A stretch of 64,000 nucleotides of DNA from Polyangiaceae bacterium (GTDB lineage: Bacteria > Myxococcota_A > Polyangia > Polyangiales > Polyangiaceae): assembly GCA_044376115.1 (NCBI GenBank), contig JBILLK010000018.1, positions 151,338-215,337 of the forward strand. The letters are read 5' to 3'. Of this stretch, positions 39,592-50,182 are shown piece after piece. The notes below the pieces were generated by a model. That model was not told the DNA's origin. It did no database searches and saw only the letters and a list, made by a program, of their open reading frames with translations. The position numbers and the translations under genes are program-made. The stretch's first letter is position 1; each line of letters begins with the position of its first letter.

Positions 39592-41094
39592 TCAGCGACG
39601 TGGTCCGCTCCAAACCGTGGAGACACCCGTCGGAACACTCGTTGGAGCGGCGGTGGGACGTGCGGTTACGAGCGGTTTGCTGGTGGCACCGGCGGTCGGC
39701 TGCGAGGGCGTTGACGTTGTCGCTGGCACCGCCGAGACCGAGGCCGTCGCCGACGGTACGGATACGGACGGCGCTGCAGTCGGAGCGGAGGTGGTCGCTG
39801 CGGAACGTTCGGCGCCCTTGGGCGTGACTTGGATCGGCGCCTGGCCCTGGGCTTCGGAGGCAGGGACCGAGGCCGACTCCGGCGCGGCTGCAGACGACGA
39901 ACTGGACTTGGACTGCGAGAGCATCACCGTCACGCCCGCCGCGATACCGAGCGCAGCGATCACCGCGACGACGCCGATCAGCTTGCTCCGTGGCGCGCCA
40001 GTACCTTCGGCTTGGGCGATGGTGTGAGTGGAGGGAACGGGCCCTGTGCCCTGTCCAACCGATTGCCGTGTTGGGCTCGCGGCGCGCACCGGGGTAAGGC
40101 CCACCGACTTGGCCTCAGCGTGATTGGGGAGATTCGGTTCAGCGAGGCTCGCAAGAGGCTGCGTCGCTTGGAATGCGACCACGCGCCGTTTGGCCGACGA
40201 AGACGGGAGCTCATCGCCAACACCCTTCAGTGACTCGCGAAGCTGCGCAAACAACTCCGTCACGCTGCGATAGCGCTCCTCCGGATCGAGCGCAGTGGCT
40301 TTGGCGAACCAGCCATCGAAGGCTTCCGGAAGGGCGACGCCTCCAGCTGCGCCGCGCATGGTGGCCTTCTCGGTGGTGCCCTGGGCCACCTTGAACAAGA
40401 GACCCATGAGGTTGTGCGCGGCCTCCTCGTCGGGCTGGAAGTAGGCACGCCCGACCAGCAGCGTGAACACGATCTGCGCCAACGCATAGACATCACACGC
40501 GGGCCCAATGCGCGACGATTGACCGGTCATTTGTTCGGGGGCCATGAACAACGGCGTACCCACGCTGGCTGTGTCCTTCGACGAGCGATCAATCAGCTTG
40601 GCGATGCCAAAATCGAGGAGCTTCATCCGCAACGAGCCGTCATCGCGACGCGTCACGAACAGGTTCTCCGGCTTCAGATCGCGATGAACGATGCCCGCCG
40701 CGTGCGTTCGCTCGAGCGCTCGCACCACCTGCTCGATGATCTCGAGCATCTCGGCGGGCTTGGTGCGCTCCCCGCGGGCCAAGCGTGCACCGAGGTCCTC
40801 ACCGCGCAGCAGCTCCATCACCAGAAACGGCGCTTGGGTCTGCTCGTCGATGCCGACGTCAAAGACCTCGACCAGGTGCTCACTGTCGATGCCGGCGGTG
40901 ACCAGGCCCTCGCGCTTGAAGCGCTGACGCATGTCGTCGTTGGCCAGCACGTGAGGCAGCATGACCTTCATCGCGCGCTTGCGCTGGGTGTCTCGATGCA
41001 GCACCTCATACACAGCGCCCATGCCGCCGGTGCTCAGCGAGCGAACGATCTCATAGCGCCCCCCGAAGAGCGTTCCTGGCGTCAGTGAGTGCAT
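39592..41094 (-). CDS. Ser/Thr protein kinase (Hanks type, membrane anchored)
   Basis: GGMGAVYE, AMKVM, HRDLKPEN, DFGIAK, GTPLFMAPEQ and a TM segment. Confidence 0.95.
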   Translation of the reverse strand: MHSLTPGTLFGGRYEIVRSLSTGGMGAVYEVLHRDTQRKRAMKVMLPHVLANDDMRQRFKREGLVTAGIDSEHLVEVFDVGIDEQTQAPFLVMELLRGEDLGARLARGERTKPAEMLEIIEQVVRALERTHAAGIVHRDLKPENLFVTRRDDGSLRMKLLDFGIAKLIDRSSKDTASVGTPLFMAPEQMTGQSSRIGPACDVYALAQIVFTLLVGRAYFQPDEEAAHNLMGLLFKVAQGTTEKATMRGAAGGVALPEAFDGWFAKATALDPEERYRSVTELFAQLRESLKGVGDELPSSSAKRRVVAFQATQPLASLAEPNLPNHAEAKSVGLTPVRAASPTRQSVGQGTGPVPSTHTIAQAEGTGAPRSKLIGVVAVIAALGIAAGVTVMLSQSKSSSSSAAAPESASVPASEAQGQAPIQVTPKGAERSAATTSAPTAAPSVSVPSATASVSAVPATTSTPSQPTAGATSKPLVTARPTAAPTSVPTGVSTVWSGPRR

Positions 41095-41124
41095 GTGACT
41101 AGGTCAGCGCGGATTCTACACGCT

Positions 41125-41664
41125 ATGGTCCTGCGTATGGGTCTCTTCCAACCGACAGATCTCGAGCGCTTGCTCGACTCCGGGTGCTCCGCTTGCGGCG
41201 GGAAGCGGTTCTCCTTCCAAACCTACGTGGACGCCAAACAAGGGCTGATGGAGGGGGAGCCGGTGAGCAAGCTCGCCTGGGCCTACAACGGGGAGGGCTT
41301 CTGCGACGGGATCTTCGAGATCCAATGCACCAGTTGCAACGCGACGGCCTTTCGCTCCGAGGTGTGTCCGCGGTGCAACGCCGAGGGCGGGCTCGCGGTT
41401 GCGCTCGAGTCGGAGAATCGCTTCGTGGTGCCGCTCGAGTGCCCGCGTTGTGAGACCCAAGAAGTTACGTACTTCTCAATGGTTCCGGCGATCACGACCT
41501 ATGAATCGAGACGCGCGGAAAAAGCAAAAACCGAGACCGCCCTGCTCGATCCCGGCTTTCACGGCACCAAAGCCGCATGCAAGACCTGCGGCCCTTTCGC
41601 CGAGCAACGCGACCGCTGCCCGCTTTGCGACAGCCCCGGCCCAATTCGCCCGCGGCCGAGCTAG
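41125..41664 (+). CDS. Multi-CxxC zinc-ribbon protein
   Basis: Six CxxC pairs (CSAC, CTSC, CPRC, CPRC, CKTC, CPLC); start uncertain. Confidence 0.7.
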   Translation: MVLRMGLFQPTDLERLLDSGCSACGGKRFSFQTYVDAKQGLMEGEPVSKLAWAYNGEGFCDGIFEIQCTSCNATAFRSEVCPRCNAEGGLAVALESENRFVVPLECPRCETQEVTYFSMVPAITTYESRRAEKAKTETALLDPGFHGTKAACKTCGPFAEQRDRCPLCDSPGPIRPRPS

Positions 41665-41677
41665 GCCGGCTACCGAG

Positions 41678-42604
41678 CTAGGCCTTGAGGCTAGCGATCA
41701 AGCGCCGCAGACCCTCTTGCACGCCCACCTTCGGCTCGTAGCCGAGCTTGGCGCGGATCTTACCGATGTCGGCGACCGACTCACGAATGTCCCCCTGGCG
41801 CGGAGCGTTGTGCGTGCGCTCGACCTTGGCGCCGACGATCTCTTCAATCATCGCCAAGAGCTCGAGCAGGGTGGTTTGACCGCCGCAACCAACGTTGAAA
41901 TTGCTGCCGCCAATGCCCGGGGTGAAGGCCGCAAGCATGTTGGCGTCCACGACGTTGCCCACGTAGACGAAGTCGCGCGTTTGGCCGCCGTCGCCGAACA
42001 TGGTCACGCCGCTGCCTTTGAGCGCACGGTCGACGAAGATCGAGATCACGCCGGAGTAGGGAGACCGCGGATCCTGGCGCTCACCGAAGACGTTGAAGTA
42101 GCGCAAGCTGACGGTCTCAACGCCGTAAAGCCGATTCCAGACGTCCAGATAATGCTCGCCGGTGAGCTTTTCTATGCCGTACGGGGAGACCGGGACGGGG
42201 CGCATCGTCTCCACCTTGGGGGTCTCCGGCTCCTCACCGTAGACCGCCGCCGAACACGCAAACACGACGCGTTTGATGCCGTTGGCCTTAGCGGCGTGCA
42301 GCACGTTGAGCGTGCCCTGGATGTTGACGTCGTGCGTCTCTTGCGGGTGATCGACGCTGTAAGGAACGCTGACGATGGCGGCCTGATGAAAGGCCACCGC
42401 GCAGCCGCGTGAGACGTCCGCGAGGGCCGCTGCATCGCGCACGTCGCCGACGACCAGCTCAACCTTGCCGGCCAGGTGTTGGAGGTTCTCACGCTTACCG
42501 CTCGTGAGATTGTCGAACGCGACGACCTCGTGCCCTTCGGCGACGAGCCGCGTTGCGATGTGAGACCCGATGAACCCTGCCCCGCCGGTAACGAGAACCT
42601 TCAT
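41678..42604 (-). CDS. NAD-dependent epimerase/dehydratase (UDP-sugar 4-epimerase-like)
   Basis: MKVLVTGGAGFIGSH, SPYGIEK, LRYFNVFG, GDGGQTRDFVYV. Confidence 0.92.
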   Translation of the reverse strand: MKVLVTGGAGFIGSHIATRLVAEGHEVVAFDNLTSGKRENLQHLAGKVELVVGDVRDAAALADVSRGCAVAFHQAAIVSVPYSVDHPQETHDVNIQGTLNVLHAAKANGIKRVVFACSAAVYGEEPETPKVETMRPVPVSPYGIEKLTGEHYLDVWNRLYGVETVSLRYFNVFGERQDPRSPYSGVISIFVDRALKGSGVTMFGDGGQTRDFVYVGNVVDANMLAAFTPGIGGSNFNVGCGGQTTLLELLAMIEEIVGAKVERTHNAPRQGDIRESVADIGKIRAKLGYEPKVGVQEGLRRLIASLKA

Positions 42605-42662
42605 GACCAACTCCGTCGTGATTGAAGGCTCGCAGGCTAGCATCAGGCCGAGCCGGAGGCGC

Positions 42663-43616
42663 TCACCGCTTCTTCAGGGGCGGCGTAAATCCGCGCACGA
42701 TGGCGTCCCCTGTCTTGACCAGCGGTGGCACAGCCGGTGCCTTCCACAGTGGAGCGCCTGGCGGGGTTTCACCGTCCGCGTCTTTGCAGCAGCGGAAGGA
42801 GACGAAATAGTAGGTAAACTTCGCGTCGTGGCTGGTGGTTACCGGCCTGCAGGCGTTGCGCACGTGTCCCCAGGCGCCGCCCTTGAGCCCGGCCCAGCCG
42901 CCCTTGCCGCGCGGTGTATCGAGCAACACCCACTCATCCACGTTGCCGGTCTGATCGAAGACGCCGTAGCCGCTCTTGCAGCCAGGCTTCGAACCGCTCG
43001 GCACGGCTTGGTCCAAGCGCGTCAGCTCCGGCGCAAAGATCACCTCGTGTTGGGAGTAGATCTTCTTGAGCGTGGGGATGCGCCACGGATTGTCGATGTT
43101 GCAGACCTGCGGATCACGCTTGTAGCCGTAGGGAAAGGGCGTCTTCTCGGGGCCCTCACAAGCCGCGACCCACTCGCTCTCCCAACAAAGTCGTTTGCCC
43201 TTCTCGGCGCACATTCCCATCGCGTCGTGGAAGTCCACCATCACCGGCGAGCGCGCGCCTTCTTCGTTGGGGTACTCGAAGGTATCCATACAAAAGCGTT
43301 GGCGTCGCGAGGTCCCCACGCAGCGCCCCGGCTCTTGGGCGAACTCGTGACAGATCGTGATGTTGTTCGACTTGGTGTACTCGTCGTTGAGGCAGGTGCG
43401 CTCGACCTCGGTGCAGTAGTCGGTGTCCACCAGCTGCATGTCCGCCGGGCAGCTCGGCTTGGCTGGGGCGGCCTCGGGTGCCTCGACGGGCGCACTGGCA
43501 ACCGCTCGCGCTGAGGTCACCACGCGTACAGGCGCTGGGTCTTCCACTTTCGCTGGCGCTTGTCCACAGGCGAACAACGCCAAGGAGAAAAGTGCCGCAA
43601 ACCAGCCCGATGCCAC
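42663..43616 (-). CDS. FGE-sulfatase-domain lipoprotein
   Basis: LFAC lipobox, [28 protein letters not shown]. Confidence 0.85.
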   Translation of the reverse strand: MASGWFAALFSLALFACGQAPAKVEDPAPVRVVTSARAVASAPVEAPEAAPAKPSCPADMQLVDTDYCTEVERTCLNDEYTKSNNITICHEFAQEPGRCVGTSRRQRFCMDTFEYPNEEGARSPVMVDFHDAMGMCAEKGKRLCWESEWVAACEGPEKTPFPYGYKRDPQVCNIDNPWRIPTLKKIYSQHEVIFAPELTRLDQAVPSGSKPGCKSGYGVFDQTGNVDEWVLLDTPRGKGGWAGLKGGAWGHVRNACRPVTTSHDAKFTYYFVSFRCCKDADGETPPGAPLWKAPAVPPLVKTGDAIVRGFTPPLKKR

Positions 43617-43683
43617 GCTGCCTTTTCTCCCATGGTCGCGAGATACGCAAGCGAAGAGCTGTGATAGCGTCGCGCTCCTTCCT

Positions 43684-44871
43684 ATGAAGATCCACGAATA
43701 CCAAGCGAAGCAAGTCTTCAGGCGCTATGGCATTCCGGTCCCCGAGGGCGAACCTGCCTTCGACGTCGCCGAAGTGGCCCCCATCGCCAAACGTCTCATC
43801 GAAAAGACGGGCAACCCGGTCGTCGTCGTCAAAGCCCAAATCCACGCAGGTGGACGCGGCAAAGGCGGCGGGGTCAAAGTCGCAAAGGGCGGTGCTGAAG
43901 AAGCCACCGCGCTCGCGTCGAAGATCCTCGGGATGGACCTAATCACCAAGCAGACCGGGCCTGAAGGCCAGAAGGTCCGCAGGCTCTACATCGAGCAAGG
44001 GCTCGACATCGACAAGGAGTTCTACTTCGCGTTGCTCGTCGACCGTGAGTCGCGACGCGTGGCCGTGATCGCCTCTCCCGAGGGCGGTATGGACATCGAG
44101 GAGGTCGCTGAGGCCCACCCCGAGAAGCTGCTCACGCTTCACGTGGACCCGCTGCTCGGCCTCGCGCCCTACCAAATCCGCCAGTTGGCGAAGTTCCTCG
44201 GCATCAGCGGCAAAGAGACGTCGAGCGCCTTCGCCAAGTTCGCCGACGGCATCTACAAGTGCTTCACCGGTGAAGACTGCTCGATGGTGGAGATCAACCC
44301 GCTCGTCGTCACCAAGCAAGGCGGCGTGGTCGCGCTCGACGGCAAGGTCACCTTCGATGACAACGCCGAGTACCGACACAAGGCCTTGTTCCAAGAGCTT
44401 CGTGATCCGGCTGAAGAAGATCCGGTCGAGCTCGAGGCGAAGAAGGTCGGTCTCAGCTACGTGTCGCTCGATGGCAACATCGGCTGTCTGGTGAACGGCG
44501 CAGGCCTCGCCATGGCAACGATGGACATCATCAAGCACTACGGTGGCGAGCCGGCGAACTTCTTGGACGTCGGCGGTGGCGCCTCGCAAGAGCAGGTCAC
44601 GCAGGCGTTCCGCATGATTCTGTCCAGCTCGCTGGTCAAAGGAATCTTCGTCAACATCTTCGGCGGCATCATGCGTTGCGACATCGTCGCCAACGGCATC
44701 GTCGCAGCGAGCAAGGAACTCGGCCTCAAAGTGCCGCTGGTCGTTCGGCTCGAAGGCACCAATGTCGAACTGGGTCGCAAGATCCTCGACGACAGCGGAC
44801 TCAAGATTCAGAGCGCGTCATCCATGGCCGATGGCGCACAGAAGATCGTCGCTGCCATCCGTGCGGCTTGA
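43684..44871 (+). CDS. sucC: Succinyl-CoA synthetase beta subunit
   Basis: [49 protein letters not shown]. Confidence 0.97.
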   Translation: MKIHEYQAKQVFRRYGIPVPEGEPAFDVAEVAPIAKRLIEKTGNPVVVVKAQIHAGGRGKGGGVKVAKGGAEEATALASKILGMDLITKQTGPEGQKVRRLYIEQGLDIDKEFYFALLVDRESRRVAVIASPEGGMDIEEVAEAHPEKLLTLHVDPLLGLAPYQIRQLAKFLGISGKETSSAFAKFADGIYKCFTGEDCSMVEINPLVVTKQGGVVALDGKVTFDDNAEYRHKALFQELRDPAEEDPVELEAKKVGLSYVSLDGNIGCLVNGAGLAMATMDIIKHYGGEPANFLDVGGGASQEQVTQAFRMILSSSLVKGIFVNIFGGIMRCDIVANGIVAASKELGLKVPLVVRLEGTNVELGRKILDDSGLKIQSASSMADGAQKIVAAIRAA

Positions 44872-44887
44872 ACGCTGAGGAAATCCG

Positions 44888-45781
44888 ATGAGCATTCTTG
44901 TCGACAAGGACACACGAGTCGTTTTTCAGGGAATCACCGGTGAGAGCGGGAGCCTTCATGCTCGCGCCTGTCTCGCCTACGGTACGAAGGTCGTCGCTGG
45001 CGTGACCCCCGGTCGCGGCGGCCAGACCTTCGAAGAAAAAGTGCCGGTCTTCGACACGGTCGAAGAGTCGGTCAAACAAACCGGCGCCGAAGTCAGCTGC
45101 ATCTTCGTGCCGCCGGTCGGCGCTGCTGACGCCATCATCGAGGCTGCAGCGGCTGGTGTTCGCCTGGTGATCTGCATCACCGACGGCGTCCCGGTGCTCG
45201 ACATGGTTCGGGTTCGTCGCTTCTTGGAAGGTCGTTCGACGAAGCTCGTCGGGCCGAACTGCCCCGGAGTGATCACGCCCGGAGACGGCCCCAACTCCAC
45301 CGGCGGATGCAAGATCGGCATCATGCCGGGCCACATCCACAAGAAGGGCCGCATCGGCGTGCTCTCCAAGTCGGGCACGCTCACCTACGAGGCCGTGGGC
45401 CAACTCTCGGCGCTCGGCATCGGTCAATCGTCCTGCATCGGCATCGGCGGGGATCCGGTCGGTGGGCTCGACTTCGTTGATTGTCTCGAGCTCTTCAACA
45501 AGGACGAAGAGACCGACGGCGTGATCGTGATCGGCGAAATCGGTGGCAACGCCGAACAGCGCGCGGCCGCTTGGATCAAGGACAACATGAAGAAGCCCGT
45601 GTGCGCCTTCATCGCTGGCCGCACCGCACCGCCCGGCAAGCGCATGGGCCACGCAGGCGCCATCATCGCTGGCGGCAAAGGCACGGCCGACGAGAAGATC
45701 GCTGCCTTCGAGGCAGCCGGCGTACGCGTCGCACCCTCTCCCGCGGAGATGGGCTCGACGCTGAAGAGCCTGCTGAAGTAA
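44888..45781 (+). CDS. sucD: Succinyl-CoA synthetase alpha subunit
   Basis: [34 protein letters not shown]. Confidence 0.97.
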   Translation: MSILVDKDTRVVFQGITGESGSLHARACLAYGTKVVAGVTPGRGGQTFEEKVPVFDTVEESVKQTGAEVSCIFVPPVGAADAIIEAAAAGVRLVICITDGVPVLDMVRVRRFLEGRSTKLVGPNCPGVITPGDGPNSTGGCKIGIMPGHIHKKGRIGVLSKSGTLTYEAVGQLSALGIGQSSCIGIGGDPVGGLDFVDCLELFNKDEETDGVIVIGEIGGNAEQRAAAWIKDNMKKPVCAFIAGRTAPPGKRMGHAGAIIAGGKGTADEKIAAFEAAGVRVAPSPAEMGSTLKSLLK

Positions 45782-45863
45782 TCGGCGGCGATTCGAGAAC
45801 GAGGAAGGGAGGCCCATTCGCCTCCCTTTTCCGTTTTGTGCCCACTGCTCGGGACAACGAAAG

Positions 45864-46262
45864 CTACCCGACTCCGCGACCCCCACAACCAGCCCGCGGT
45901 GACCGCGAAGAAGGCCGCGCGTGGGGGCTTTGCATCACATGTGCGATGCGCTGCTCCTCGAGGTCGGCCTTCAGGATGGTGAGGTCCTCCAGGTACTGCA
46001 GCAGCACCTCCCCGAGGCCGCGGTTGCCGAGTATGGCGAGGGCAAAACGCAGGTCCATCACGTCGCGGCCCGGTCGCGAAATCTCGGCCGCGGCCAAGAT
46101 GCGATTGCCTAGGGAAGGCAGCCGAGCGCAGTACTCCTTCAGCTGGTGAATTCCGGCCGCCGGATCATTGAGCGCGCCAAGAATTCCGTGAAGGGCATCG
46201 AGGTGGTGCAGATCCTCGGGTTGAGGGTCGAGCACGGGCGGCGGTCGCACCGAAGACTTCAC
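45864..46262 (-). CDS. Small HDOD-like protein
   Basis: LNDPAAGIHQL...PSLGNRILAAA...DLRFALAILG resembles the N-terminal part of HDOD domains. Confidence 0.55.
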   Translation of the reverse strand: MKSSVRPPPVLDPQPEDLHHLDALHGILGALNDPAAGIHQLKEYCARLPSLGNRILAAAEISRPGRDVMDLRFALAILGNRGLGEVLLQYLEDLTILKADLEEQRIAHVMQSPHARPSSRSPRAGCGGRGVG

Positions 46263-46322
46263 AAAGGAATCAACGGTGCAACGTGCCTAGGACTCGAGGG
46301 GAAAATGACTCCCCGCTGAACT

Positions 46323-47393
46323 TCAGACGGGGGTCAACCAGCCGAACGTGTCGGGACCGAGCCCACGCTGAATCTTGGAGATGCGGTCGTAGAGACCGAG
46401 CGCGAGTTCACCAGGCTTTCCGCCGCCGATCTCGAGCTTGCGTTCGCCAAAGGCGAGCTCGGCAACCGGGCTCACGACCGCGGCCGTCCCAGAACCGAAG
46501 ACCTCACGCAAGGTACCCTTCTCCGAGGCCTCGAACAGCTCGGCTGTCGAGATCGCCCGCTCCTCGACCTGCACGCCGAACTCCGGCGCGAGCTTGATGA
46601 TCGAGTCGCGCGTAACGCCGGAGAGGATGCTGTCCGAAAGCGCCGGGGTGATCAGCTTGTCACCGATCACCACGAACAGGTTCATCGTCCCGACCTCTTC
46701 AACGAAGGCGTGCTCCTTCGCGTCCATCCACAACACCTGGTCGTAACCAGCCTTCTTGGCGTTCACGGCCGCGAGCAGGCTGGCAGCGTAGTTCGCCCCG
46801 GCCTTCGTCGCGCCGAGCCCGCCGCGCGCCGCACGCACGTGATCCCGCTCCACCCAGATGCGCACCGGCTTGAGCGAATCACCGCCGTAGTAAGAGCCGA
46901 CCGGCGACGCGATCACGAAGAACAGGTAGTGGTTCGAAGGGCGAACACCGAGGAACGCTTCGGTCGCAATAATCGTCGGGCGAAGGTAGAGCGCAGTCCC
47001 GGGCGAGCTGGGGATCCAGCTGTCCTCGAGCTTGACGTACTCGCGAACCAACTCCACAAAATCGGCCTCGTCGAGCGCTGGCATACAAAGCCGAGCTGCG
47101 CCGTGCTGCATGCGCCGCGCGTGGGCATCGGGTCGGAACAAGGCGACCCCGCCGTTGGGCTGACGGTACGCCTTGAGCCCCTCGAACATGGCCTGACCGT
47201 AGTGAAGAACGCAGGCCGCTGGGTCGAGCGGGAGAGCTTCGTACGGCTGCAACCGAGCGTCATGCCAAGCCTGCTCGACCGACCAATCCACCGCCAGCAT
47301 GTGATCGGTGAAATACTTACCGAAGCTCAGCTCTGAATCCGGGGGGCGCTTCTTGGGCGTTTCCGTCTTCTTGGTGCGAATCGAGAGCGTCAT
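46323..47393 (-). CDS. ilvE: Branched-chain amino acid aminotransferase
   Basis: FGKYFTDHM, LHYGQAMFEGLKA, LYLRP, KAGANY, EEVGTMN, LSGVTR, GSGTAAVVSPV. Confidence 0.95.
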   Translation of the reverse strand: MTLSIRTKKTETPKKRPPDSELSFGKYFTDHMLAVDWSVEQAWHDARLQPYEALPLDPAACVLHYGQAMFEGLKAYRQPNGGVALFRPDAHARRMQHGAARLCMPALDEADFVELVREYVKLEDSWIPSSPGTALYLRPTIIATEAFLGVRPSNHYLFFVIASPVGSYYGGDSLKPVRIWVERDHVRAARGGLGATKAGANYAASLLAAVNAKKAGYDQVLWMDAKEHAFVEEVGTMNLFVVIGDKLITPALSDSILSGVTRDSIIKLAPEFGVQVEERAISTAELFEASEKGTLREVFGSGTAAVVSPVAELAFGERKLEIGGGKPGELALGLYDRISKIQRGLGPDTFGWLTPV

Positions 47394-47577
47394 GCGTTGT
47401 TCCCTTGTGAGTGGGGGTGACCCGAAGCGGAGCGTTTAACCGGGACTGCGCGAGGCGGTAACCCCAATCCGCAATCTGGTACACATCGGGAGCTGGTGAC
47501 CCCACACAGACGTGTTCGGCCTTGCCGCGCAAGCCGGTGTGTGGTTGCTCACGGGGCTTGTCGACTCGGGAGGCAGC

Positions 47578-48075
47578 TCTCCGCGCCATGCCGAAGTCGA
47601 AACAGGTCGCTTAGCGCGAAAGGGCTCTCGTTGCTTGCCCCACGCTGGCGTGGGGCCCCGCGCAACGATAGAGCTAAAGTTGTATTTGTCTGGGCGCGCT
47701 GCGCTCAGCTGGTCGACTTCGGCATGGCGCGGAGAGCGGCCTCCCGAGTCTTCGCGCTTGGGTTATCGGAGTGAGGAGCGGCCTCCCGAGTCTTCGCGCT
47801 TGGGTTATCGGAGGGAAGAGCGACCTCCCGAGTCTTCGCGCAATGGTTCGAGTGGGCGCGCTGCGCTCAGCTGGTCGACTTCGGCATGGCGCGGAGAGCG
47901 GCCTCCCGAGTCTCGCGCTTGGGTTATCGGAGGGGAGAGCGGCCTCGCGAGTCTCGCGCTTGGGCTATCGGAGGGAGAGCGGCCTCGCGAGTCTCGCGCT
48001 AATGGGCTATTCGGAGCGGGGAGCGGCCTCGCGAGTCTCGCGCTAATGGGCTATTCGGAGCGGAGAGCGGCCGCG
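47578..48075. repeat. Intergenic REP/BIME-like tandem repeat cluster
   Basis: About 8 copies of a 40-44-bp unit (GAGCGGCCTC(C/G)CGAGTC(T)TCGCGCT..GG(T/C)TAT(T)CGGAG). Two copies of TGGGCGCGCTGCGCTCAGCTGGTCGACTTCGGCATGGCGCGG, with an inverted partial copy near 47580. Confidence 0.8.
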
Positions 48076-48077
48076 CG

Positions 48078-49190
48078 CTAGGTGGCTTTTTCGATGCGGC
48101 CGTCGGCGTGGCGGGCGAAGCGTTCGTTGCTGTCGTGCACAGGGTCGTGTTTCGGCCAGGGCCAGCCGCCGAATCGTGTCGACTGATAGTCCTCGTACGC
48201 CTTGCGGATTTCGGCCTCGGTGTTCATCACGAACGGGCCGCGCTTGGCTACGGGCTCGCCGACGGGCATCGCGGAGAGCACCAGCACCTCGGTCTCGGTC
48301 GTGCCGTTGACCAAGGCCGTTGCGGCATCCCCGATCAGCTCCACCGCTGAGTGCGACTCGAAGCTGCGCGTGCCCACGGTGAGTGAGCTGCCTTGAAAGA
48401 AGTACAGCATGCGGTTGCAACCGGCTTTGCCGGCGGGCAGCACCAAGCGCGCGCCCGGCGCCATTTTGAGCGTGTAGATGGTCACGTCGTGGCTCGGATC
48501 AGCGGCCCAGGATTTGGGCGGCGGTGTGGCGGCGATCGACTTCTCGAACGAGCCTGCGATCACCGTGACCTCGACGGCCTTGCCCGCCTCGTCCAGCAGC
48601 GTCACCTTCGGAATCACGTCGCGCCACAACATCGAGAAGTTCGGGGCGGTCATCTTCTCGCGCGCCGGGAGATTGAGCCAAATCTGAAACAGCTCAAGCG
48701 GGTTCGGCCCGCCGCTCTCGAGCAGCGGAAACATCTCCGCGTGAACGATGCCCGCCCCGGCGGTCAACCATTGCACGTCACCGCCGCCGTAGCGCGCTGC
48801 AGCTCCCAGCGAATCCGCATGGTCGACCAAGCCTTGCCGCACGATGGTGACCGTCTCGAAGCCGCGATGCGGGTGTTGCGGAAAGCCGGGCACCTGGGAG
48901 CCGTGGTACATGCTCCAGCCGTCCTTCGCCTCGAAGTCACTGCCGATGTTGCGGCCCTCGAGCGAGGCTTGCGGACCAAACGCGCCGTTGCCCGCCGGGT
49001 AAGCGTCATTGTGGTGCGCGCAAAACAGGAACGGGTCCAGCGTCTTCCAAAGGAAGCCCAGCGGCGCCACCGACTTCACCACGTCCTGCGCGGGCACCGT
49101 GCTCAACGAAGCCCCGCGCGAAGCCTCGCTCCCGCAAGACACCAGGACAGGAAGAGACGCGATTGTGCGCAGCGCTTGCCGACGTTCCAT
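48078..49190 (-). CDS. Pirin-family protein with export/lipoprotein signal
   Basis: DPFL, GFPQHPHRGFETVT, QWLTAGAGIVHAE, FQIWLNLP, GPFVMNT; start MERRQAL...LVSC. Confidence 0.9.
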   Translation of the reverse strand: MERRQALRTIASLPVLVSCGSEASRGASLSTVPAQDVVKSVAPLGFLWKTLDPFLFCAHHNDAYPAGNGAFGPQASLEGRNIGSDFEAKDGWSMYHGSQVPGFPQHPHRGFETVTIVRQGLVDHADSLGAAARYGGGDVQWLTAGAGIVHAEMFPLLESGGPNPLELFQIWLNLPAREKMTAPNFSMLWRDVIPKVTLLDEAGKAVEVTVIAGSFEKSIAATPPPKSWAADPSHDVTIYTLKMAPGARLVLPAGKAGCNRMLYFFQGSSLTVGTRSFESHSAVELIGDAATALVNGTTETEVLVLSAMPVGEPVAKRGPFVMNTEAEIRKAYEDYQSTRFGGWPWPKHDPVHDSNERFARHADGRIEKAT

Positions 49191-49345
49191 GCTGCTCGAG
49201 GATAGCGCAAGCCCGACCGAGGTTTGACGTTCTGGCAGTCGAAGCCGCTGGAACACTGAGGTGCGCGACAAAGCTTCAAAACGACGCGCAGGCGGAATCA
49301 AGCCCAGCGCGCCGTTGCTGAAGGGCTCATTCCAAGAGGAGCCCC

Positions 49346-49936
49346 ATGAAATCGTTGATCGTCGTTTCACTCGCCCTGACCGCCTGCATGCAAGTCCCCC
49401 CGCCCATGCCCAACGTTGGCAGCTCCGAGCGAGTGCCAAGCAAAACCGTGCATCTCCGCGTTGCCGTCGAAGACCTCGAAGGGAGCCCCGTCGCCGCGAC
49501 CGAGACAGCCGTGAAGCTGCTTTCAACGAGCTCCTTCTCGGCCCGCTCGCGCGAAGGCGGCGAAGTTGAGGTGGAGGTCTTCCTCGAGTCGGAGCCGCAA
49601 GAGCAGGCCGCCAGCACCGCCCCTGACCGCTACCTCCTCACCATGAAGCTCTCCGAGACAAGCGACCGCGGCCAACAAGTCTCCTGGCGCCCTTCACTCG
49701 CGCTGATCGAGGACACCGAGTCCCTCTCCACCGTCACCTGGGGTTCCGCAGGCCGCCGCATCCGCGTCACCGTCTCCGAGAAGGAGCTGCCAATCGCAAC
49801 AGCGACGCCGACGACTGCGCAACCTTCGACTGAAGCCAAGGTTGAGCTCGCTGCAACCGCGGAAGCGTCCGAGGCCGAAACAGCGCTCGGAGCAACGGCC
49901 TCACCGGAGGTGATGGGAGAAAGCGAAGCACCGTGA
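49346..49936 (+). CDS. Lipoprotein, unknown function
   Basis: GAGGAG SD and MKSLIVVSLALTAC lipobox. Confidence 0.7.
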   Translation: MKSLIVVSLALTACMQVPPPMPNVGSSERVPSKTVHLRVAVEDLEGSPVAATETAVKLLSTSSFSARSREGGEVEVEVFLESEPQEQAASTAPDRYLLTMKLSETSDRGQQVSWRPSLALIEDTESLSTVTWGSAGRRIRVTVSEKELPIATATPTTAQPSTEAKVELAATAEASEAETALGATASPEVMGESEAP

Positions 49937-49978
49937 GCGGGGGCGGAAGACCGTGAGCACTAGGGCGTGCTGAGGATG

Positions 49979-50170
49979 GGCGCCGGGGATGGGCGGTCCA
50001 ACTGGACGTTTTGTTGAATTGAACCCTCGAACGGCGCGGCATCGAGCCTCGAATTCAACAAAACGGTGAATTCGAGCGCCGATCCTCGATGGCCCCATCG
50101 TCGATGACCCCCGCGCGAGCAGAAGGAGGTGCTTCCGGATCACGCGCCAGTCACTGCTGTGTTTGGGCTG
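49979..50170. repeat. About 190-bp hairpin-containing direct repeat, copy 1
   Basis: Near-identical to 51757..51949; perfect 14-bp inverted repeat CGTTTTGTTGAATT (50007-50020) / AATTCAACAAAACG (50052-50065). Confidence 0.85.
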
Positions 50171-50182
50171 GGAGGATGGGCT

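Noticed and set aside
47690..48075. Possible CRISPR array
   Set aside because: Units are contiguous and degenerate, with no unique spacers and no cas genes in the window.
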